This document shows, one piece after another, positions 40,401-49,931 of a stretch of 64,000 bases of DNA (position 1 is its first letter; each line of letters begins with the position of its first letter). Below the pieces are notes generated by a model. That model saw nothing but the letters and a program-made list of their open reading frames with translations, had not been told where the DNA came from and ran no database searches. Made by a program: the position numbers and the translations under genes. This DNA is from an uncultured virus (IMG/VR IMGVR_UViG_3300025138_000029) (taxonomy: Duplodnaviria; Heunggongvirae; Uroviricota; Caudoviricetes), in IMG/VR virus record IMGVR_UViG_3300025138_000029; one strand, written 5' to 3'.

Positions 40401-43400
40401 TACGGAACTAACTATGATGGCGCGACTAATAATTTAACTTCATTACAGACTACATCACTTTTAAATACCCCCTATTTCATTAATGGGTTATTAAAAGGGG
40501 TTTCAGGAGAAACATTTAGTGAAGAAAATGCCTATGTAGGGTTAGGTTATTTATATTTAAATTCACTACCATTACCAACACTTAGCGAAAAATACTTAAC
40601 ACGTAATGAATTGGATAGTGGAGTTAAAACCACTAAATGGGGAGATTATTTTTATGCTGGACTCAGTAAATTTGCCGCTATACATAAGATACCTTATCTT
40701 TGGTTACTAAAATATGGTTCGGTATGGCATCGTTATAAAGAAGATAAAAAAGGTAATGGAGATATTTTAAAGGATATATGGAAAGACTTTAATTACGTAA
40801 ACGCTTATGACCCAATAACTAACAATATAAATAAAGTTTATAATGTACAAAACTATACAGGAGGAACATTTGCTTATGTACCTCAAAAAACAGAGATAGT
40901 TCCTGGAACAATACCCAACCCTTTAAGTAATGTAGGAATACCCGTTAACTTTAATTATCAGTTTACTAAAAACGGGTTTTATCCTCAAGTAGTTAATGAT
41001 ACCTATAAATTTTTTACAGGTAAATCACCTCTAATTACTTATAGTAGTAACGAAATAGATGACTTATTTAATAATGGTAATTTTAAATTAGGTCAATCAC
41101 AGACTAATTTCTTACCTGTAGGATATGACCAAGATAATGTACTCAATACTCTAACATATAGTAGTTATTTTCAATATTACGATATTGAAGGTAATACAAG
41201 TTTTGATGTTGAAGACTCTTCTAATAAATTATTAATTATACCATCCTCAGGATATCTAAAATTTGTCCAATCTCAAAGAGAGTGTTTAAACTCTCAAGGA
41301 CATATGACTGAAAATATTGATATAAATAATAAATCGATACAGAATGGTAATGTTAGACCTTTATGGGGAGCTTCTAATTTTGGTTACTTTGATAACCAAT
41401 GGATTAAAAAACCAAAAACAAATGAATATATTAAATATATTGATAATGAATATGATGAACAAAACGCGTTTAATCTACTAAATAAAGATAGTGAAAAAGA
41501 GTATAAATCTATAGAAGAAATTTTTGCGATATTCTCAAAAGAAATGTTAGATGAATTTGAAAAACATTTTTTAAATTTCTGTAAAAAAGAAAAAGATTAC
41601 AAAGATATGGTATTCAACCCTTCTGCTATTAATGATAATGAGTACTTAGGGTCTTTTAATGTTGAATACAACTATAATATTGAAAGAGTAATGAAAAGTT
41701 TATTAATTGTTGAAAAACCCGAATTAAGTAATAATTCAGAAATTGATGTTAAAAAAATATCAGACGCACAATTAAATAATTTTGTTAATTTAAATAATAT
41801 ACAAATAGCCGAAAGAGATATAATTTTAAAAATCGGAAACCCCGGTAGATTTAATAGGAGGGTGTTTAATTCGTTTTCAACTAACGAAAGTATAAAACCT
41901 ATTGAACCAATAAATTTCGACTTATATGTTGAGGGAACTGTTCCAACATCAACTAATAGTACTACTGTAGCAACGAGTAAAGTATTAAATCCTGAAGCGT
42001 GGGACGCATTATATGAATATGTCGGAGACTATATTGAGGAAAATATGAGATATTCAGATGACGGTTCATTTGTTACCGATTTTTTTCCGACAATGGATAT
42101 TAGATTTACTGAAGAAAATGTAAGAGACCTATCACAAATAATAAAAGTTTTTGCAACACAGAAGTATAATAATAATAATTTAACTTCAAGTGATTTTCAA
42201 CAAACTTTCGAAAGTTTTCTATCGGGTCAAATAACATATCAAAATGATATGTTAAATCAAATATTTAGAACACTTAATAAAACATTACCGTCCGTTAAAG
42301 TAAATCCAACACAGGTTAGAATTTCAAAATTAGATGGTAATACAATTAAAAATGATTTATGGTCAACATTTAAAACTTTTAATGATAGATGGATTTCAGG
42401 TCAAGATGTTAAAAACAAAACATTATTTGAACAATTTTTATTTATGGACAAGGCAAATAGACCAATCGGTGATAAGGTTGTTATTAATATAGAAGATTTA
42501 AGAAGTGCATTAAAGACCGCAAACTCATCTGCTAGCGTACTTTCACTCTTAGGTACTATTTTAGAAAAAAATAATTTTATATTTATGCCTACACCATCTT
42601 ATTCTAATTTTTATGGTAGAAATTTAAGAGTAAAAGAAGGAATGCCTGACCCATCTTTTAGTGATATTGGGAATAATACTTTTGGTACGTTTTTAGAGGT
42701 AGACACACATGGTTCCGAACCTAAATTTTTAGCAATATATGTCGGTAAAGTTTCTGAAACTATTAATACGTCACCAGAAAATGACAACTATCTTTATGGT
42801 GATGATTCATTTGATATAACTAAACCGGCTTTATCTCCTTTACGTTCCTCTGAAGATGGAGTAACTAATTTTTCTAATAGAAATAAAGTAGTTGCATTTA
42901 ACGTAGATTTTGGAGTACAAAACCAACAAATTTTTAAATCAATATCAATTGATATGGCGCAAAGAAAAAATATTGCACCAACCTTTCAAATACTATCTGA
43001 CATGGGTTCCATGGCTGATGGACAGAAAGTTTCTCAAGAAACTGCAAATCTTTATAATTTTTATAAAAACGCAAGTTATAACTGTAGTGTAACTTCAATG
43101 GGTAATGTTATGATTCAACCAACAATGTATTTTAATCTAAGATATGTACCAATGTTTTATGGCCCATATCTAATTACAAGTGTTACTCACGATATTACAA
43201 CTAGAGATTTTCAAACTTCATTTGAAGGTGTTAGAGCAACAAAATATTCTTTACAGATGCCAGACGGATTAATATCAAGTGTAAATAGAGATATCGTTCA
43301 AAATTATTTATCTGAAATACGAAGAATTCCATCACTATCTAATACAAGTGGAGACACACTAACTAGAAGTAATTATATAAAAAATAGTTCAACAACTACT

Positions 43401-44015
43401 AATGGTAAGAGACAGGCAATAGAAACTAAATGTGTTGCAGTACAACAATTAGACAAACCTTACGTACCATTACTAAAGACTGAGTTAAATCAAACACAGT
43501 TTAAAGGAGGTGTACAACAAATTACTTTACCTGAAAATGTTCAAAAATTTATTTTTGGTGTAGGATATGTAGAGACAGGAGTAGGGAAAAATCTAAAAGC
43601 ATTTAATAACAACTACTTTAATCTTAAAAACATGAAGAGTAATGCAAGATGGACAGTTAATTTCAACCAACAAACCTGTGTTAAAGATGGTAATTATGTT
43701 GTACCGTATTTATCCTTTGAAAATGCGGGTGACTCAATAGAGTTTATGTCTAAAGTATGTAATCAGTTTAGTCAAATAATTGATGCGTTTTTAGTTAATA
43801 GTACAATCAACGGTGATTTGGCAAAGAGTTTTACCTATTTGTGGTATTATACGTTTAGATTTACAACTAAAGAAAAAGAATTAAACGCGTCTAGTAATGT
43901 AGATGATTCAATTATCGCCGCGGTTAATCATGATATTTCAACTAATACTGTATCTAAACAATTATTCGATAAATCTGAAGTTATTTTTAAAACTGCTATA
44001 AATGCTTGGGGATAA
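37440..44015 (+). CDS. Very large baseplate hub-like protein, possible C-terminal lysozyme-like domain
   Basis: 2191 aa; MGNVMIQP..YF, GPYLITSVTH.I....FQT.F.G hub-like motif; VETG.G....NNYFNLK. Confidence 0.55.
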   Translation: MADNKFFGNENVYVDTDYDNVIVVDPNKVVNSDGTVQERNVKQENLITYANLEARVIPRTKLAIGSNYDDSVRNVGVAQLKVNFLEGRSQNQKEPNVNLTGADNEDPKYFDTSWTDQFLPGKKEGGSENDIFSSGRGVDTQLLGITRVNIKMNPAFVPTVSIEMTDVQGRVLFERGDQSPYSIFMHLPYPIFILTVKGHFGKAIKLELILKDFNARFDPSDGSYKITTSYVAKSHAFLQDTLLDYIYTTPHMYPKTYEVDNNTNGTEDGTVGVDKIETTKGMQKIKEVYSLYKAKGLIDDDFPEITMNQMRMRLEYFNRFVMEAYSKEDMSVLNDVVEYEKNISKYRKKIYPSLNENWFDTYIDPSSIFILNDTKSSVLYGFKKELNEQNKKTALSKLKGIINEGNQTLKSSPTFYDPGNYIIEGKKHPAEISVNIKSSDLTERLDDPSRINYKTTYTIRKGSEPTPEELSVFEAELKSQFAISSKTYYIGPDGEITENEEGSVLIKFGNVIQDKNFSTGSFLAKLGKIENTFKEKRETIEKQLSEALAKKIISSDIGLGFNPTINNVMAVICANAEAFYRLMDETHTAAWNVRTDPNRLSAIIPPEKSFGVDGKNMLDQVTVDGLSDTLKNTKIVYPWPQYFEEEVTENGDAKYTLKYPGQPQVINTIKGWDYTIWPEIQFVEEYLTASLERDKPQVNINYGNDKQVSKYIGVNAVEFPFESEPYVNEEYVSFFYEIFERTYLSSNYSKVIRDNNFRKTLYNVLADFESVNIKEGLNNSPELMKILKEFGLNASTFNSYLSSISNNGQGSFWARKSRDIYTQDYIKGYVDIDFGIYSLESMSTSSTEIISSVESVKQLEDYITGSSSNSITLMDVFPFNNLSWLQKNTSKGVEVGSIDGANSTTDVMNFNILKKSIATFDDQTDKDERYLNRYLTYFQYEKNKPAAPNQNITNSSDSTQYNTNDQVKSYYNNRENKDFYLTESPIDYGTNYDGATNNLTSLQTTSLLNTPYFINGLLKGVSGETFSEENAYVGLGYLYLNSLPLPTLSEKYLTRNELDSGVKTTKWGDYFYAGLSKFAAIHKIPYLWLLKYGSVWHRYKEDKKGNGDILKDIWKDFNYVNAYDPITNNINKVYNVQNYTGGTFAYVPQKTEIVPGTIPNPLSNVGIPVNFNYQFTKNGFYPQVVNDTYKFFTGKSPLITYSSNEIDDLFNNGNFKLGQSQTNFLPVGYDQDNVLNTLTYSSYFQYYDIEGNTSFDVEDSSNKLLIIPSSGYLKFVQSQRECLNSQGHMTENIDINNKSIQNGNVRPLWGASNFGYFDNQWIKKPKTNEYIKYIDNEYDEQNAFNLLNKDSEKEYKSIEEIFAIFSKEMLDEFEKHFLNFCKKEKDYKDMVFNPSAINDNEYLGSFNVEYNYNIERVMKSLLIVEKPELSNNSEIDVKKISDAQLNNFVNLNNIQIAERDIILKIGNPGRFNRRVFNSFSTNESIKPIEPINFDLYVEGTVPTSTNSTTVATSKVLNPEAWDALYEYVGDYIEENMRYSDDGSFVTDFFPTMDIRFTEENVRDLSQIIKVFATQKYNNNNLTSSDFQQTFESFLSGQITYQNDMLNQIFRTLNKTLPSVKVNPTQVRISKLDGNTIKNDLWSTFKTFNDRWISGQDVKNKTLFEQFLFMDKANRPIGDKVVINIEDLRSALKTANSSASVLSLLGTILEKNNFIFMPTPSYSNFYGRNLRVKEGMPDPSFSDIGNNTFGTFLEVDTHGSEPKFLAIYVGKVSETINTSPENDNYLYGDDSFDITKPALSPLRSSEDGVTNFSNRNKVVAFNVDFGVQNQQIFKSISIDMAQRKNIAPTFQILSDMGSMADGQKVSQETANLYNFYKNASYNCSVTSMGNVMIQPTMYFNLRYVPMFYGPYLITSVTHDITTRDFQTSFEGVRATKYSLQMPDGLISSVNRDIVQNYLSEIRRIPSLSNTSGDTLTRSNYIKNSSTTTNGKRQAIETKCVAVQQLDKPYVPLLKTELNQTQFKGGVQQITLPENVQKFIFGVGYVETGVGKNLKAFNNNYFNLKNMKSNARWTVNFNQQTCVKDGNYVVPYLSFENAGDSIEFMSKVCNQFSQIIDAFLVNSTINGDLAKSFTYLWYYTFRFTTKEKELNASSNVDDSIIAAVNHDISTNTVSKQLFDKSEVIFKTAINAWG

Positions 44016-44070
44016 TAATCAATAAATTAAGAAAAAGACTAATTTACGTATATTTATAAATAAAAACATT

Positions 44071-44295
44071 ATGGATACAAAAACACTGCTAGACCAATAT
44101 TTGTCTAAAGACACAAGAATCACTGAAAAAGATGCGGGTAATGGTTACAAAGAAGTTTGTGATTTAGATACGGGTGATTGTTATACTGTAAGAATGAGAG
44201 ACGGCCTTATAGAAAGAGTTGATAATTCTATGAAACTAAATAGAACATTAAAAGTTGAAACTCCTCATGGGGTTAAAACACTTTTAAATGGTTAA
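44071..44295 (+). CDS. Hypothetical protein
   Basis: 74 aa after TATTTAT at 44051. Confidence 0.7.
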   Translation: MDTKTLLDQYLSKDTRITEKDAGNGYKEVCDLDTGDCYTVRMRDGLIERVDNSMKLNRTLKVETPHGVKTLLNG

Positions 44296-44309
44296 AAAAA
44301 AATAATAAA

Positions 44310-44936
44310 ATGTCTGTAGATAAAAAAATATTAGAGGAAATAACTAAATATAATAATATTAATAAGTATATTTCCGAACAAGATGAGACTTTACCACCGC
44401 CGAATACACCTGGTGACGAAGGTGAAGATTTAAATTTAGATGGTGTAGAATTAGAAGACGAATTAGTCCAATCTGTTGATGTCGACTCAGACCCAGACGT
44501 TGAAGTTGTAGATGAACCTAATAGTGAGTCTGTAGATGTTGAAGAAACAGGTACGGAAGAATTAGATATTACGGATTTAGTTACTACACAAAAAGATATG
44601 TCTAAAAAACAAGAAGAGTATATGGATAGTATGATGGATAGGTTAAATGACCTAACCAGTAAATTAGCTGATATGGATACAATACTTAATAAAATTAATG
44701 ACCTCGAAACTAAAGTTGACAAATATCGTCAAAAATCTCCAGAAGAAAAGTTACAACTTAGAAGTTTAGACAGTTATCCATACAACCAAAAATTAACAGA
44801 TTTTTTTGTTGATAAAGGAGTCGAAATGGAAAAAACAGGTAAAAACGAATATGTACTTACTTCTGATGAAGTTGATAACTTTTCAAGAAGCGATATCAAA
44901 AAATCATTTGACACACCATTCGAAGACGAATACTAA
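44310..44936 (+). CDS. Acidic coiled-coil hypothetical protein (scaffold/internal-protein-like)
   Basis: D/E-rich tract followed by heptad region. Confidence 0.7.
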   Translation: MSVDKKILEEITKYNNINKYISEQDETLPPPNTPGDEGEDLNLDGVELEDELVQSVDVDSDPDVEVVDEPNSESVDVEETGTEELDITDLVTTQKDMSKKQEEYMDSMMDRLNDLTSKLADMDTILNKINDLETKVDKYRQKSPEEKLQLRSLDSYPYNQKLTDFFVDKGVEMEKTGKNEYVLTSDEVDNFSRSDIKKSFDTPFEDEY

Positions 44937-44961
44937 CCCTAATATATTATTTTTTTAAATT

Positions 44962-44991
44962 AAAAGGCCAATATTAATTGGTCTTTTTTTT
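44962..44991 (+). terminator. Intrinsic terminator
   Basis: AAAAGGCCAAT-atta-ATTGGTCTTTTTTTT. Confidence 0.8.
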
Positions 44992-45003
44992 ATTTTAAAT
45001 TAT

Positions 45004-45031
45004 TTGACTTAACGACTTTCTTTCTTATATT
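45004..45031 (+). promoter_or_regulatory. Sigma70-like promoter for the replication operon
   Basis: TTGACT-N16-TATATT. Confidence 0.5.
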
Positions 45032-45080
45032 ATTACTTGAGTAAAAGATAAATTATTAATAACAGAGAAAAAAGAAAATT

Positions 45081-45938
45081 ATGGCAAATGCATTAGACGC
45101 AGTTCTAGCTCAGTACGAGAAAAACACTGCAAAAACAAACGGAGGAAATCAATCGATTTCACAAGAAGATAGGTTAAAACGTTACTTCACGACTTATCTA
45201 CCAAAAGGAACTAAAGGAGGTCAAAAAACAGTTAGAATCCTACCAACATCAGACGGTTCTTCACCATTTAAAGAGGTGTGGTATCACGAAATTCAGATTG
45301 ACGGTAAATGGACTAAACTATATGACCCAGGTAAAAATGATGGGGAGCGTTCACCTCTTACTGAGGTTTACGAGGAGTTAACATCAACAGGTAAAGAATC
45401 AGACAAAGATTTAGCAAGACAATACAGACCACGTAAGTTTTATATCGTTAAACTTGTTGATAGAGACAACGAAGACCACGGACCTAAGTTTTGGAGATTT
45501 AAAGATAACTACAAACAAGAAGGTATCTTAGATAAAATTATTCCAATATGGAAAGCAAAAGGAGATATAACTGATGCTAATGAGGGTAGAGATTTAATTA
45601 TCGAACTTTCAAAGGCTAAAACACCTAAAGGTATTGAGTATACAGTTGTTCAAACAGTAATGTATGATGACCCATGTACTATTCATAAAGATGAGGCTCA
45701 AATGAAAGAGTGGGTGGAAGATGAATTATCATGGCAAGATGTATACGCACAGAAACCTGTAGAGTATTTAGAAGCTATCGCAAGAGGTGAAACACCTGTT
45801 TGGAGTAGTGAACTTAAGAAATATGTATATGGTGATGATACAGAATTATCTCTCGGAGGAGCTTCAAATACGGGTAAAGTAGAAGAGTCTACAGACCCAC
45901 AATCAAAAATGGGCGTTGACACAGACTTACCATTTTAA
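45081..45938 (+). CDS. Single-stranded DNA-binding protein (T4 gp32-like)
   Basis: VRILP, PF...WYH, GRDLII, acidic tail ending DLPF; adjacent to the recombinase. Confidence 0.8.
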   Translation: MANALDAVLAQYEKNTAKTNGGNQSISQEDRLKRYFTTYLPKGTKGGQKTVRILPTSDGSSPFKEVWYHEIQIDGKWTKLYDPGKNDGERSPLTEVYEELTSTGKESDKDLARQYRPRKFYIVKLVDRDNEDHGPKFWRFKDNYKQEGILDKIIPIWKAKGDITDANEGRDLIIELSKAKTPKGIEYTVVQTVMYDDPCTIHKDEAQMKEWVEDELSWQDVYAQKPVEYLEAIARGETPVWSSELKKYVYGDDTELSLGGASNTGKVEESTDPQSKMGVDTDLPF

Positions 45939-45951
45939 TATATTAATCAAT

Positions 45952-45983
45952 TGATGGTAGCGGCATTCGTGTCGTTACCATTA
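45952..45983 (+). other. Long hairpin with TTCG loop between SSB and recombinase
   Basis: TGATGGTAGCGGCA-TTCG-TGTCGTTACCATTA. Confidence 0.75.
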
Positions 45984-45997
45984 TTATTTAAAAAAAT

Positions 45998-47002
45998 ATG
46001 GCAATAAAGAAAAAAGATTTTAATAGTATAAAGAAGAAATTTTCTACATCCGCAAAATATAAACCACAAAGGTTTTTTGATTTGGGTGAGGATTTCTTAG
46101 ATGCTGTTGGATTACCTGGACCAGCAATAGGTCATTTAAATATGTTTTTAGGACATTCAGATACGGGTAAAACAACTGCGTTAGTAAAAGCGGCAGTAGA
46201 CGCTCAGAAAAAAAATATATTACCTGTATTCATTATTACGGAACAAAAATGGTCTTTTGAGCACGCAAAACTTATGGGTTTCGAGTGTGATGAAGTAGTT
46301 GATGAAGAAACAGGTGAATTAGATTGGGACGGGTTCTTCATTTTTAATAATAATTTTAATTATATAGAACAAATAACTGACTTCATTAATGAGTTATTGG
46401 ACGCTCAGTCTAAAGGTGAATTAGATTATGACTTACTGTTCTTATGGGACTCAGTGGGTTCAGTACCATGTAAAATGACTTTTGACGGTAAAGGTGGTAA
46501 AATGCATAACGCATCTACATTAGCGGATAAAATAGGTATGGGTATCAACCAAAGAATTTCGGGCTCACGTAGAGCGGATTCTAAGTATGAAAATACTTTA
46601 TTAATTGTTAACCAACCTTGGGTACAACTTCCTGATAACCCATTTGGGCAACCTAAGATAAAGAGTAAAGGAGGTGAGGCGATTTGGTTAAATTCTTCTT
46701 TAGTTTTCTTATTTGGTAATCAAAAAGATGCTGGTACCACCACTATAGCGGCAGTTAAGAACAAAAGAAAAGTAAAGTTTGCGTCCAGAACAAAAATATC
46801 GGTAATGAAAAATCATATCAATGGATTAGGATACGCGGATGGAAAAATAATTGTAACTCCTCACGGATTCATAGCAGGTAAAGAGAGTACTGAGGAAAAA
46901 AAATCAATTGAAAAATACAAAAGTGAGCAATCTGAGTATTGGAAAAAGGTCATCGGAGTTGAAGGTGATTTTAAGTTAGAAGAAGAAAAAAAAGAACAGT
47001 AA
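45998..47002 (+). CDS. recA: RecA/UvsX-like recombinase
   Basis: GHSDTGKT Walker A, LFLWDSVG Walker B, VNQ, KGGEA, KNH. Confidence 0.85.
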   Translation: MAIKKKDFNSIKKKFSTSAKYKPQRFFDLGEDFLDAVGLPGPAIGHLNMFLGHSDTGKTTALVKAAVDAQKKNILPVFIITEQKWSFEHAKLMGFECDEVVDEETGELDWDGFFIFNNNFNYIEQITDFINELLDAQSKGELDYDLLFLWDSVGSVPCKMTFDGKGGKMHNASTLADKIGMGINQRISGSRRADSKYENTLLIVNQPWVQLPDNPFGQPKIKSKGGEAIWLNSSLVFLFGNQKDAGTTTIAAVKNKRKVKFASRTKISVMKNHINGLGYADGKIIVTPHGFIAGKESTEEKKSIEKYKSEQSEYWKKVIGVEGDFKLEEEKKEQ

Positions 47003-47020
47003 CAATTTAACACAAATAAA

Positions 47021-48037
47021 GTGGTTAAAACATTATTAATTGACGGAAATAATTTATTTAAAATAGGTTTTCATGGAGTAAGAGATTTCTACCATGACGG
47101 AAAACATATTGGAGGTTTATATCATTTTGTTAACACAATCAAAAAGTTTCTTAATGAACACAATCATGATAAAGTCATTGTGTTTTGGGATGGGGAAAAT
47201 AACTCATCCCAAAGAAAACTTATTTCACCAGAATATAAGGGAAATCGTAAACAAACTTTAAATCAAGCTAAAAAAGAATCATTTGAATGGCAAGTTCAAA
47301 GAGTTAAGGCTTATCTTGAAGAAATGTTTATTCGACAAATTTCAGTTAAAAATACTGAAAGTGATGATTTAATAGCGTATTACTGTCAAATATCCGAAGA
47401 CGAATATAAAACTATATTTTCTTCAGATAAAGACCTCACACAGCTTATATCAGATAAAGTGGAGGTGTACCAACCGATGAAGAAGATAACCCTTAAAAAC
47501 GGAGATAAAGTACCTCTAAAAGAGATATCAATTCCTCATCAAAACATAGCAACATTTAAAATAATTTCAGGAGATAAATCCGATAATATTGATGGTATTA
47601 GATTTATGGGTGAAAAAACATTTGTTAAACTATTTCCTGAAATAGTTGATAGTGTGGTTACGATTGACGATATTATACAACGAGCTGAAGAGATACATAA
47701 AAATGATAAAGACAATCGAGCATTACAAAATTTACTTTCGGGTAAAACAAAAAAAGGAATTTTTGGTGAAGAATTCTTTGTAATTAATAAAAAACTCGTA
47801 GATTTGTCACAACCATTATTAAATGAAGAATCAAAAGAAACGATAAAAGAATACCATACAGAAAATTTAGACCCTGATGGTAGAGGTTATAAAAATTTGA
47901 TGAGGATGATGATGAGTGATGGAATTTTTAAATATTTACCAAAACACGATAATGTATGGGTTGAATTTTTAACCCCTTTTATGAAATTAACAAGAAAAGA
48001 AAAAAGAAGATTTAAAACAAAAAAACGTTTATTATGA
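47021..48037 (+). CDS. 5'-3' exonuclease/flap endonuclease (T4 RNase H / PolI N-terminal family)
   Basis: LIDGNN, WDG, YKGNR, ESDD, SSDKDLTQL, GDKSDNIDGI..MGEKT. Confidence 0.92.
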   Translation: MVKTLLIDGNNLFKIGFHGVRDFYHDGKHIGGLYHFVNTIKKFLNEHNHDKVIVFWDGENNSSQRKLISPEYKGNRKQTLNQAKKESFEWQVQRVKAYLEEMFIRQISVKNTESDDLIAYYCQISEDEYKTIFSSDKDLTQLISDKVEVYQPMKKITLKNGDKVPLKEISIPHQNIATFKIISGDKSDNIDGIRFMGEKTFVKLFPEIVDSVVTIDDIIQRAEEIHKNDKDNRALQNLLSGKTKKGIFGEEFFVINKKLVDLSQPLLNEESKETIKEYHTENLDPDGRGYKNLMRMMMSDGIFKYLPKHDNVWVEFLTPFMKLTRKEKRRFKTKKRLL

Positions 48038-48486
48038 AAGAAAAAATAGAAACAACTAAATTAGAGTTCTTAATGACACTTAACGATAACTTCGTTGTGC
48101 AAAGATACTTTAACGTTAAAGGGTATAACCCTAAAGCTAGAAAGAGTGTTGAACTTTATAGTATAGTTAGAGATGTTGCGGAAAAAATTCAAGAAGATTT
48201 GAAAAATAAGGCGTCTGACTATATGACAGAGAATACTCATCAGATAATGGCAAATCCAAATATTTTAGAGACTTCTAATACTGAGGGACCCGAATATTTT
48301 AATATCTATATTAAGATTGGAGATGAGACAATTTGTCATAGAATATGGGATGCTAAATTATACCCACCAAAGACAAGATACACTGTGGATGTACGCCCAC
48401 ACCTAAAAAAGTTACTTCGTGATTTGACTGACACTTTCTCAAGTGAAAATTTAACTTACAAGTACTTGAACTATCAACTAGTTTAA
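48034..48486 (+). CDS. Hypothetical protein
   Basis: 150 aa; overlaps the upstream stop. Confidence 0.75.
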   Translation: MKEKIETTKLEFLMTLNDNFVVQRYFNVKGYNPKARKSVELYSIVRDVAEKIQEDLKNKASDYMTENTHQIMANPNILETSNTEGPEYFNIYIKIGDETICHRIWDAKLYPPKTRYTVDVRPHLKKLLRDLTDTFSSENLTYKYLNYQLV

Positions 48487-48529
48487 CCATATTTATATTT
48501 TACAAACACAGATTAAAACTCAATAAAAT

Positions 48530-49909
48530 ATGTCAAAAGAAAAGAACTTTGGTTACCTCGGTAACACCTTCCAATTACAAATACTTAACAATATTATCCT
48601 ATATAAGGATTTTGCAGCTTCGATTGTAGATGTTTTGGAACCTAAGTACTTTGATAATCAATATTTTAAGTTAATCATGCAGATGACCAAGGAGTATTAT
48701 CACAAGTATGAACACGCTCCTTCATTCTCTACACTTGAACAAATTACTAAATCTGAAGTTTCATCACCTATGGCCCAAAAAATGGTCTTAGATATGATAA
48801 CTCAAGTAGTTGATGCTCCAGAAGATGGGTATCAATACGTTCAAGAAAAGGCATTAAAATTTTGTAAACAACAAGAATTACAGAAGGTTATGTCTAAAGC
48901 ACAAAAAATTATAGATAAAGGTGATTTTGAGTCTTACGACCATTTAGAAGAAATGGTAAGGGAAGCTTTACAGGTTGGAGAAGTTGACACGGGAACTGCT
49001 GATGTTTTTTTTAATTTAGATGAAGTATTGGATGACGATTTTAGACACCCAATTCCGATAGGTATAAATGGTATAGATAATTTACTAAAAGGTGGATTAG
49101 CAAAAGGAGAGATTGGTGTTATTTTAGCACCGACCGGTGTAGGTAAAACTACAGTCCTTAGTAAAATAGCAAATAACGCATTTAATTTAGGTTACAATGT
49201 TTTACAAATATTTTTTGAAGATAACCCTAAAATTATACAGAGAAAACATTTCACTATGTGGACAAAAATCGCACCCGATAATTTGTCATTACAAAGAGAA
49301 GAAGTTTTAGAAAAAGTTAGACAAATTAAAGAAAATGCACCAAATAGATTAGTTCTAAAAAAATTACCTTCTGATACAATGACAATGAATCAGATAAAAA
49401 ATCAGATGCGTAAAATGATTGCTGAAGGTAATAAAATAGACTTAGTTGTGGTTGATTATATTGATTGTATCGTTCCTGATAAGAATTTAGGTGACGAGTG
49501 GAAAAGTGAAGGTTCAGTTATGAGAGGGTTTGAATCTATGTGTCACGAATTAGATATTGCAGGATGGACGGCAACTCAAGGAAATCGTTCATCAATATCT
49601 TCTGATGTAGTAACAACGGACCAAATGGGTGGGTCAATCAAAAAAGCCCAAGTAGGACACGTTATTATTTCTGTTGCTAAATCCCTACAACAGAAAGAAA
49701 TGAATTTAGCTACAATTGCTATTACCAAATCAAGAATAGGTAAAGATGGAATTGTATTTGAAAACTGTAAATTTGATAACGAAATGATAGAGATTGATAC
49801 GGATAGTAGTGTTACATTCTTAGGAATGGAAGAACAAAAAGAAGAAAAAAACAAAGTACGTATTCAAGAACTCCTACAAAAAAGAAAACAAAGGGAAAAT
49901 AAAGTATAA
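48530..49909 (+). CDS. dnaB: Replicative DNA helicase (DnaB/gp41-like)
   Basis: APTGVGKT, VVVDYID, TATQGNR, KSRIG. Confidence 0.92.
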   Translation: MSKEKNFGYLGNTFQLQILNNIILYKDFAASIVDVLEPKYFDNQYFKLIMQMTKEYYHKYEHAPSFSTLEQITKSEVSSPMAQKMVLDMITQVVDAPEDGYQYVQEKALKFCKQQELQKVMSKAQKIIDKGDFESYDHLEEMVREALQVGEVDTGTADVFFNLDEVLDDDFRHPIPIGINGIDNLLKGGLAKGEIGVILAPTGVGKTTVLSKIANNAFNLGYNVLQIFFEDNPKIIQRKHFTMWTKIAPDNLSLQREEVLEKVRQIKENAPNRLVLKKLPSDTMTMNQIKNQMRKMIAEGNKIDLVVVDYIDCIVPDKNLGDEWKSEGSVMRGFESMCHELDIAGWTATQGNRSSISSDVVTTDQMGGSIKKAQVGHVIISVAKSLQQKEMNLATIAITKSRIGKDGIVFENCKFDNEMIEIDTDSSVTFLGMEEQKEEKNKVRIQELLQKRKQRENKV

Positions 49910-49931
49910 ATTTTTTTAAAAACAATATTAA

